Assembly: GCA_965205015.1 (NCBI GenBank)
Contig: OZ242029.1
Location: 864,001-928,000 of the forward strand
Source of the DNA: Candidatus Poribacteria bacterium
Lineage (GTDB): Bacteria; Poribacteria; WGA-4E; WGA-3G
Reading direction: 5' to 3'
Length of the DNA stretch: 64,000 bases
Shown here: positions 57,000-64,000 of the stretch, in pieces
Layout: the number at the start of each line of letters is the position of its first letter
Numbering within the stretch: position 1 is the first letter of the stretch
Program-made: the position numbers and the translations under genes
The notes under the pieces: model-generated
Seen by the model: the letters and a program-made list of their open reading frames with translations, nothing else
What the model was told of the DNA's origin: nothing
Databases searched by the model: none

Positions 57000-59900
57000 A
57001 TGCGATTAACATCAAGTCAACGACAAGCCCTTAACATAGAAAAACACATCTGCGTAACCGCCGGCGCCGGATCCGGAAAAACCACCGTATTGGTCGAGCG
57101 GTATCTCAAAATTTTGCGTGAAGGTAACGCCACCCCCCAAGAGATTGTCGCCATCACTTTCACTGACAAAGCCGCCGCCGAGATGAAGGAGCGAATTGTT
57201 GAAGAACTGTCACTTCAAGAAGAATATGACGGTTCAGAACAGGACAATGCGCTACAAGGTTTTCGCGAAAAAATGAGCACGGCACACATCTCAACGATCC
57301 ATGCATTCTGCTCACGCATCCTACGAGAATTTCCATTCCAAGCGGGTGTCCCAGCCAACTTCAGTATCCTACAAGGCATTGATCAGAAACTCTTACTACA
57401 GGAAACCGTGAAGAAGACCCTCAAGGACATCGCTACAAACGAAGAAGATAAACACCGCGACGCGTTTACACGTTTGCTACAACGCTACGGGGGCCAGCAG
57501 AAACTGGTCGATCTCCTCTCCACGATGATAAATCAACGGGATGCCCTCGAACACCTAATGCAGGAAATTTATAGGCATCCAAACGATACAGAGATACGTG
57601 AAGCCTTACAAAAACGGATTCGCGAAAGACAACAGGAGATTCAGGAAAGATTGATGTCAACCATTGACCTCCCTGAATTCATCAGATGTTTAAACGCCGT
57701 TTTGCAGGTCGCGAGAGGTAAGAAAGCAGACGGAACTAAGAAACTAATATCCCAATTAGAAGGACAATATGAGGTGACCCTCAACTCTCCCGAAGTGCCG
57801 AACTTACTTAAGGAAATTGCGCAATTAATTACAACTGGAAAAAATGAGATTGCGACACAAAGCTTTCTGCCGAAAAGCATCGATAGAACAGGAATTACGG
57901 ATGAGATTGATTTTCTGGTAGCAACCTCGAAAAAGATCAAAAACATTCCAAGCCTTGAAAAAGAAAAAGATGATGAGAAAACAGACGACGTTGAAACCGA
58001 TGATGATTTCCTGCTTAGCACTATCCACGACCTACTCAAACTATACACCCGCATCTCAAAGGCGTACAGAACCGCCAAACTCTCTCAAGGTAAACTCGAT
58101 TTTACGGACCTGCAGCTGAAAACTCGCGATCTCGTTCGCAACAACGCAGAAATCCGACAGAAACTGGTGTCCCGGCACAAATACTACATGGTAGATGAAT
58201 ACCAGGATACAAACGAACTCCAGTACGAATTGGTGATGCTGCTTACCAACGAACTCACAGCAGCGAATCTCTTTATCGTCGGTGATCCAAAACAGAGTAT
58301 TTACGCATTCCGGGGCGCAGATGTCCGCGTATTTACAAAGACAAAGGAAAAAATCGTCGATAATGGAGGAGATGATATCCGTCTCACAGAGAACTTCCGA
58401 TCCTTACGTCATACCGTCGGGTTCGTCAATTACTTTTTCAATCACTTGATGGGAGATGGAAAAGAGTCCGAATTTGAAGTGGAGTATGAAGCCCTGACGC
58501 AAGCGCGACCCGTCAAATCAAACGGGACAGTTGAGATTCTACTTGGAAAACAGGATGATGACTTAGCAGATGAATACTCGCTGATCGCACATCACATCAA
58601 AAGCATGAAAGCAAACGCAGAAACCATCCACAAGCGCGGCGAGAATGGGCAGGAAGCGGAACACCCGATTGCGTATGATGACATCGCGATCCTCATTCAA
58701 ACCCGAACACATCTCCCCAATATTGAGAACGCACTCCTTGAAGCCGACATCCCTTATCTCACCACTGGCGGTGTCGGTTTTTACCAACGACAGGAAATCT
58801 ACGACATCTGGAACTATCTCAACTTCCTTAACGATCCAACAGAAAACCAAATATCTCTTGCTGCCGTCCTCCGCGGTCCCGCTTTCGGTATCTCCGACAC
58901 CGAACTCTACGAAATTTCACGCGAAAAAGAAAAAAGTTTCTGGGATAAAGTGCAGAACTATCCAGATTCGTCCCATAATCTCCGCACCGCGATCGCTACT
59001 TTAAAAAGGCATGGGCAATTCGCGCGCCGAATGCCTGTAAACCAACTCATCGTAACCATCGTTAATGAAACAGGAATGATCGGAACACTAAAAACCGGGA
59101 AGCAGGGACAACAACGCTGGGTAAACTATCAAAAACTCTTAGAACACGCCAGAAACTTTGATGGCGATGAAACCAAGCAAATTCTGCCAGACTTTATCGA
59201 ATTTCTGGATATTCTCATTGAGGAAGAGCGACGGGAGGGACAGGCACCCATTGAGGCAAGCAGTGGCGCAGTCCAAATTATGACCATTCATGCCTCCAAA
59301 GGGAAACAGTTTCCAGTCGTCATCCTCCCAAGGCTTGACCGGAAGGGACAAACAGACAGAGAGCCTTTCATTGATGAGGCACTCGGTATCGGTTTCAGCC
59401 CCCTTAATCCCGATAAAGACTACAGCAAAACTGAACCAGACATTGTTACACACATGAAAAACCGGACAAACGAGAAAGAAATCGCTGAAAAGAAACGACT
59501 GTTTTATGTCGGTACAACGCGGGCTTGTGATCGGCTCATCTTATCAGGCACACTCCCCGCAATGAACGTGCTGGGGTGGCTCTACACACACCTCAATATT
59601 GATGAAGAGGATCGCTTACTGGAATTGCCTGTCTCATTGGACGTATTCACAGGAAACAGCAGAAATTCTGAATTCTTCCAACTCCAAATTCCGATCCATC
59701 AGGCACTTACAGAGATTGCATCCACAGATGAGATTTCCGATGAAACAACACCTGTTGATTTTCCGGATCTACCACGCAAACTGGAACCAACCGGTACTTT
59801 CGCAGCGTTTTCTATCCCTGAACTCGCGAATTATGCGCGGTGTCCGCTACGCTATCAGTTACAAAACATTCTACAAATTCCAACGAACGGGCAAGAAGCA

Positions 59901-60530
59901 CTGGATTTGGATGAAGACGCGATGGACACTGCGCTCCGCTATACGCTCGCACGAATCAGACAGCAATCAGACGTAGAAAATCTTGACACCACGATTGACC
60001 AAGCTCTACAAACATATCACCCCGCTGGGGTTGAAGACGGAACGACTCAATTAACAAAAACACTTCGTAAGCACGTTAACAATTTCATCAACTCCGAACT
60101 CGGTGAAACGGTATTCTCTGCAGCCACGGTTCAGATGAATCAGCATGTTCACGCAGACATCAACGGACACATCGTTGACGGCAGGTTCGACAGACTCTTT
60201 AAAGATGAAACAGGAAATTGGCAGATAATCAATTATAAAACCGACGCGGCTCAAAATTTAGATACACCCGATCCAGAAATGGAACTTTATAGTCTACTTT
60301 TGCATAAGTTATATCCAACCCAATTGACCGTGACAATTAATACCTTTTTTACGGAGCACGCCCGATGGGAACAGATGCACTTCAGCACGGCACAATTGCA
60401 GGCAGTCCAAGAACAGTGGCAGGAAAAAATCTTAGCCCTGCAGCGCGGGGTTTACGAAAAGAATCTCGAACACTGCTGCGCCTGCCCCTATGCGGATCCA
60501 GATGGACAGTGCATAATCAAGGAGGCTTAA
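57000..60530 (+). CDS. AddA/UvrD-like SF1 helicase with C-terminal PD-(D/E)xK-like domain
   Basis: AGAGSGKTT, ITFT, STIHAFC, DEYQD, VGDPKQSIYAFRGA, ENFRS, MTIHASKG, YVGTTRA. C-terminal CP...GRFD...INYK...CxxCPY..C. Confidence 0.88.
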   Translation: MRLTSSQRQALNIEKHICVTAGAGSGKTTVLVERYLKILREGNATPQEIVAITFTDKAAAEMKERIVEELSLQEEYDGSEQDNALQGFREKMSTAHISTIHAFCSRILREFPFQAGVPANFSILQGIDQKLLLQETVKKTLKDIATNEEDKHRDAFTRLLQRYGGQQKLVDLLSTMINQRDALEHLMQEIYRHPNDTEIREALQKRIRERQQEIQERLMSTIDLPEFIRCLNAVLQVARGKKADGTKKLISQLEGQYEVTLNSPEVPNLLKEIAQLITTGKNEIATQSFLPKSIDRTGITDEIDFLVATSKKIKNIPSLEKEKDDEKTDDVETDDDFLLSTIHDLLKLYTRISKAYRTAKLSQGKLDFTDLQLKTRDLVRNNAEIRQKLVSRHKYYMVDEYQDTNELQYELVMLLTNELTAANLFIVGDPKQSIYAFRGADVRVFTKTKEKIVDNGGDDIRLTENFRSLRHTVGFVNYFFNHLMGDGKESEFEVEYEALTQARPVKSNGTVEILLGKQDDDLADEYSLIAHHIKSMKANAETIHKRGENGQEAEHPIAYDDIAILIQTRTHLPNIENALLEADIPYLTTGGVGFYQRQEIYDIWNYLNFLNDPTENQISLAAVLRGPAFGISDTELYEISREKEKSFWDKVQNYPDSSHNLRTAIATLKRHGQFARRMPVNQLIVTIVNETGMIGTLKTGKQGQQRWVNYQKLLEHARNFDGDETKQILPDFIEFLDILIEEERREGQAPIEASSGAVQIMTIHASKGKQFPVVILPRLDRKGQTDREPFIDEALGIGFSPLNPDKDYSKTEPDIVTHMKNRTNEKEIAEKKRLFYVGTTRACDRLILSGTLPAMNVLGWLYTHLNIDEEDRLLELPVSLDVFTGNSRNSEFFQLQIPIHQALTEIASTDEISDETTPVDFPDLPRKLEPTGTFAAFSIPELANYARCPLRYQLQNILQIPTNGQEALDLDEDAMDTALRYTLARIRQQSDVENLDTTIDQALQTYHPAGVEDGTTQLTKTLRKHVNNFINSELGETVFSAATVQMNQHVHADINGHIVDGRFDRLFKDETGNWQIINYKTDAAQNLDTPDPEMELYSLLLHKLYPTQLTVTINTFFTEHARWEQMHFSTAQLQAVQEQWQEKILALQRGVYEKNLEHCCACPYADPDGQCIIKEA

Positions 60531-60531
60531 A

Positions 60532-61233
60532 ATGAGAAACCTAACACCCATACTCGCAATCACTACAATCATCTGTTTTTCAGTCCATGCCTGGCACCCC
60601 ACCTTTGCCGGGACGTGGCGCGACGACTTTGAAGACAAAGACACCCGTGAATGGGAAATCTTTAATATCGACCGACAGGTTGAAAAGTGGTGGGTCAGTA
60701 ACGGCGAAGCCGTTGGCGAAATCTTTTTGCCCGGTTTCATGAGTCTCTGGATCACCGGTGAACTCACGTGGAAGAACTACTCCCTTTCCTGTCGCGCAAA
60801 GTTAGTGGAAGACAAGAACGAACCCCCAAGTATCGGATTGACGCTCCACGATAGAGGTGAGGAAGATACCCGTTACCTCTTTTTTATAGACTACGTTTTC
60901 GGCACCGCCAGAATCGTCAAAGCACTCCGAGACGACTGGTTTCCCGTCATCTTTGCCTTTGATGCCGAAATCGATACATGGTATGACCTCACTGCGACTG
61001 TTCATGAAGACGGCAGACTTGAATTTCAAATCGATGACGAGATATTCACCGTCATTGACGATGAACCCTTGAAAGGCGGACAAGCCGGGCTCGTTGTCGC
61101 AGACGGGCAAGCCCACTTTGACGACGTCGAAATCACAGGTCCGAATATCAGCAATGGGGGTCCCGGAAAGGCACGTCCTGTCAATCCGAAAGTCAAGCTC
61201 GCAACCACATGGGGACATTTGAAAAGCAATTGA
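60532..61233 (+). CDS. Secreted beta-jellyroll (DUF1080-like) protein
   Basis: Signal peptide, DDFED, WKNYS, WYDL, GQAGL...FDDVEITG, C-terminal [16 protein letters not shown]. Confidence 0.7.
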   Translation: MRNLTPILAITTIICFSVHAWHPTFAGTWRDDFEDKDTREWEIFNIDRQVEKWWVSNGEAVGEIFLPGFMSLWITGELTWKNYSLSCRAKLVEDKNEPPSIGLTLHDRGEEDTRYLFFIDYVFGTARIVKALRDDWFPVIFAFDAEIDTWYDLTATVHEDGRLEFQIDDEIFTVIDDEPLKGGQAGLVVADGQAHFDDVEITGPNISNGGPGKARPVNPKVKLATTWGHLKSN

Positions 61234-61250
61234 CGAAGGATAAACGAAAA

Positions 61251-62420
61251 ATGGAGACCAAACCCACGGTTGGCATCGGCATTATCGGCATGGGGTGGAT
61301 GGGCATGACGCACGCCCGCGCATATCGTCAGATCCTGGATCGGTTCCACGACAGTCCGCGCCACCCCAGACTTGTCATCTGTGCAGATGATGTCCTCGAA
61401 CGCACAACCGAGGCGAAAACACGTTTCGGATTTGAACGCACAACTACCGATTTCCGACACGTTATTGAAGACGAAGACGTACAGGTCGTCAACATCGCCG
61501 CACCGAACAATATGCACCTTGAGATCGTCGAGGCAGCGACAGCCGCAGGAAAACACGTCTTCTGTGAGAAACCCGTCGGACGGACCCCAACTGAAACGAA
61601 AGCAATCTATGCCGCCGCACAGCGTGCAGGCGTATCCACCTGTGTCGGCTATAACTACAGATGGGCACCCGTCGTCCAATACGCACATCAGCTGATTTCA
61701 GAGGGAAAACTCGGTACCTTAACCCACTATCGGGGTAGATTTTTCGCGGGTTACGCCAGCCATCCACACGCAGTCCTCTCATGGCGGTTTCAGAAGGAGA
61801 TCGCTGGATTGGGAACGTTGGGCGATCTACTCTCTCACGTCATTGACATGGCACATTTCATCGTCGGCGGCATCGACAAGGTCGTCTCACAACAGGAGAC
61901 GTTTATCCCAGAACGCCCCGTAGCGACAGCAGGAACCGGCACACATTTCACTCTCAGTGCAGAGGGCGAAACAGATGCCGTCACCAATGAAGATTACGTC
62001 GGTGCATTGGTCCGATTTGAGAACGGCGTCAGAGGCACACTGGAAGCGTGCCGGGTTATCACCGGTCCCAAATGCGAAATGGCGTTTGAGGTACACGGCA
62101 CAAAGGGTGCCTTGCGCTGGAACTTCGAGCAGATGAACGAACTTGAGGTGTACCTCCCTGCCGAAGCGGGTTACCCTGACGGATACACCCGCGTATTAAG
62201 CGGTCCGAGCCACCCGTTTCACAGTTATTTTAATCCCGGTCCCGCTGTTGGATTAGGCTATGACGACCTAAAGACAATCGAGGCACATCAGTTTTTGCAA
62301 GCCATCCACACAGGCAAACAGGCAAACCCAAGTTTCCGAGAAGCCGCCGCAGTCGCCGACGTGCAAACTGCAATCCAAACCTCATGGAAGGAGGGTCGAT
62401 GGATTCCCATCCAAAAGTGA
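61251..62420 (+). CDS. Gfo/Idh/MocA family oxidoreductase
   Basis: [24 protein letters not shown]...AG.G.LGDLLSH.ID. Confidence 0.9.
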   Translation: METKPTVGIGIIGMGWMGMTHARAYRQILDRFHDSPRHPRLVICADDVLERTTEAKTRFGFERTTTDFRHVIEDEDVQVVNIAAPNNMHLEIVEAATAAGKHVFCEKPVGRTPTETKAIYAAAQRAGVSTCVGYNYRWAPVVQYAHQLISEGKLGTLTHYRGRFFAGYASHPHAVLSWRFQKEIAGLGTLGDLLSHVIDMAHFIVGGIDKVVSQQETFIPERPVATAGTGTHFTLSAEGETDAVTNEDYVGALVRFENGVRGTLEACRVITGPKCEMAFEVHGTKGALRWNFEQMNELEVYLPAEAGYPDGYTRVLSGPSHPFHSYFNPGPAVGLGYDDLKTIEAHQFLQAIHTGKQANPSFREAAAVADVQTAIQTSWKEGRWIPIQK

Positions 62421-64000
62421 TGAATCAGATTCGCTCGTTCCTACAATTAGGAAAATGGAAGCCGCAGGAATGGAAGGTTGGGAGGCTGGAAGGTTGGAAG
62501 GTTGGGGTGCCTCCCCTGCCATTCTTCCTTTCTTCCACGCGGGTTTTTCTATTCTGTTGCTGCCTCCTCATCTCCCTTAACGCTGTTGCACAACCTTTAC
62601 CACAATTCACCGACATCACACACGAAGCCGGCATCGACTTCGTCCATAACACGGGCGCCTTCGGCAAGAAATACCTCCCCGAAACGATGGGCTCAGGATG
62701 CGCCTTCATCGACTATAACACTGACGGTTGGCAGGACCTCCTACTCGTCAACGGAAAAGATTGGGAAGGCGAGGCAACCCAGAAGCAGCAAACCATGGCA
62801 CTCTACCGCAACGACCAAGACGGCACCTTCACGGATGTCACCGAATCCGCGGGGCTCGCGACACCGCTTTATGGGATGGGGGTCGCCGTCGCCGATTACG
62901 ACAACGACGGGGATCCAGACATCTATATCAGCACCCTCGAAACCGATCGGCTCTTCCAAAACAACGGTGACGGCACTTATGTTGACGTTACAGAAACCGC
63001 CGGCATTCACAACCCGGGTTTCGGCACAAGCTGCGCATGGTTTGATTACAACAAGGACGGTCACCTCGATCTTTACGTCGCGAACTACGTTGAATGGAGT
63101 ATAGAAAACGATCTGTTCTGTACCCTCGACGGCATCAATAAATCCTACTGCACCCCTGAATCCTACACAGGTCAATCCAGCAAACTCTTCAGGAATCGCG
63201 GCGACGGCACATTCGCCGATGTCTCCCGTATCGCACGGATCGAGGACAACACGAGCAAATCACTCGGTGTTTGCATCTTCGATTACAATGCCGATGGCTT
63301 ACCCGACATCTTTGAGGCAAACGACACACAACCCAATAAACTCTATCAGAACAATGGAGACGGCACCTTCATCGAGACCGGAATGCTCGCAGGGATCGCC
63401 TATAACGAAAGCGGTGTCGCAACCGGCGCAATGGGTATCGATGCCGCAGACTACGATCGCATCGGTAAGGAAAGTCTCGTCATTGGGAACTTCTCCAACG
63501 AGATGCTCAACCTCTATCACAACGAGGGCGACTTTTTCATCGACGATGCCCCTGCCGCGCATATCGGAAATGCCACCTTACTGACGCTCACCTTCGCCTG
63601 TTTCTTCTTCGACTTCGATCTCGATGGCAACCTCGACATCTTCACCGCCAACGGGCATGTTGAAACCGACATCAACGCCATTCAGACACAAGTCACCTAC
63701 GCCCAACCCCCGCATCTATTTCACAACGACTCTCAAGGCAAATTCACCGACGCGATTCATCAAGTCGGGGTGGATTTGGCAAAGCCGATGGTCGGTAGAG
63801 GCGGCGCCTATGGCGATATCGACAACGACGGCGACTGGGATCTGCTCGTCACAACCTCCAACGGACCCGCATATCTCTTCCGAAACGACGGTGGCAACCG
63901 CAACGCGTGGCTTAAGATTCAACTCGCCGGACAAACAAGCAATCGCGACGGTATCGGCGCGCAGATCCGCATAACCTCCGCACTGGGGACACAGACACAC
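62420..64000 (+). CDS. CRTAC1 / ASPIC-UnbV family protein (truncated by window end)
   Basis: The frame from ATG 62420 reads ...QFTDITHEAGIDFVH..GKKYLPETMGSG..DYDNDG..NGDGT repeats. Absent from the ORF track because no stop falls in the window. Start uncertain. Confidence 0.88.
   Translation, partial: MNQIRSFLQLGKWKPQEWKVGRLEGWKVGVPPLPFFLSSTRVFLFCCCLLISLNAVAQPLPQFTDITHEAGIDFVHNTGAFGKKYLPETMGSGCAFIDYNTDGWQDLLLVNGKDWEGEATQKQQTMALYRNDQDGTFTDVTESAGLATPLYGMGVAVADYDNDGDPDIYISTLETDRLFQNNGDGTYVDVTETAGIHNPGFGTSCAWFDYNKDGHLDLYVANYVEWSIENDLFCTLDGINKSYCTPESYTGQSSKLFRNRGDGTFADVSRIARIEDNTSKSLGVCIFDYNADGLPDIFEANDTQPNKLYQNNGDGTFIETGMLAGIAYNESGVATGAMGIDAADYDRIGKESLVIGNFSNEMLNLYHNEGDFFIDDAPAAHIGNATLLTLTFACFFFDFDLDGNLDIFTANGHVETDINAIQTQVTYAQPPHLFHNDSQGKFTDAIHQVGVDLAKPMVGRGGAYGDIDNDGDWDLLVTTSNGPAYLFRNDGGNRNAWLKIQLAGQTSNRDGIGAQIRITSALGTQTH

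Noticed and set aside
59800-60530. Cas4 gene
   Set aside because: It is the C-terminal domain of an SF1 helicase, and there is no CRISPR context.

Overview
Bacterial chromosomal window of about 50% GC. The gene content (LamG and TPR proteins, CRTAC1/ASPIC-UnbV proteins, a sulfatase, dense short palindromic repeats) resembles Candidatus Poribacteria; this assignment is an inference. Positions 1.4-21.1 kb hold a division/cell-wall (dcw) cluster: rsmH-ftsL-ftsI-murE-[alpha/beta hydrolase, membrane-anchored MurF-like ligase, ddl]-mraY-murD-ftsW-murG-murC-ftsQ-ftsA-ftsZ. mraZ and murB are absent, and a radical SAM gene follows ftsZ. The rest is mixed accessory and housekeeping content. It includes two non-autonomous IS200/IS605 tnpB elements whose ends can be read from guide/cleavage-site covariation, and a UGA-recoded ArsC-like selenoprotein missed by the ORF track, with selA in the same window. 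It also has four secreted proteins sharing a C-terminal 'VxPxxKLATTWxxIK' tail, a fused MNT-HEPN gene, an ART-like/HEAT protein, a multiheme cytochrome-TPR protein, and an AddA-like helicase with a degenerate nuclease. Best candidates for undescribed systems: the shared C-terminal sorting-like motif, the hydrolase-MurF(TM)-Ddl module, the pseudoknotted tnpB leader RNA, and a Cys/His leader peptide coupled to ftsZ. No rRNA, tRNA or CRISPR array was seen. All calls come from reading the sequence by eye; no searches were run.
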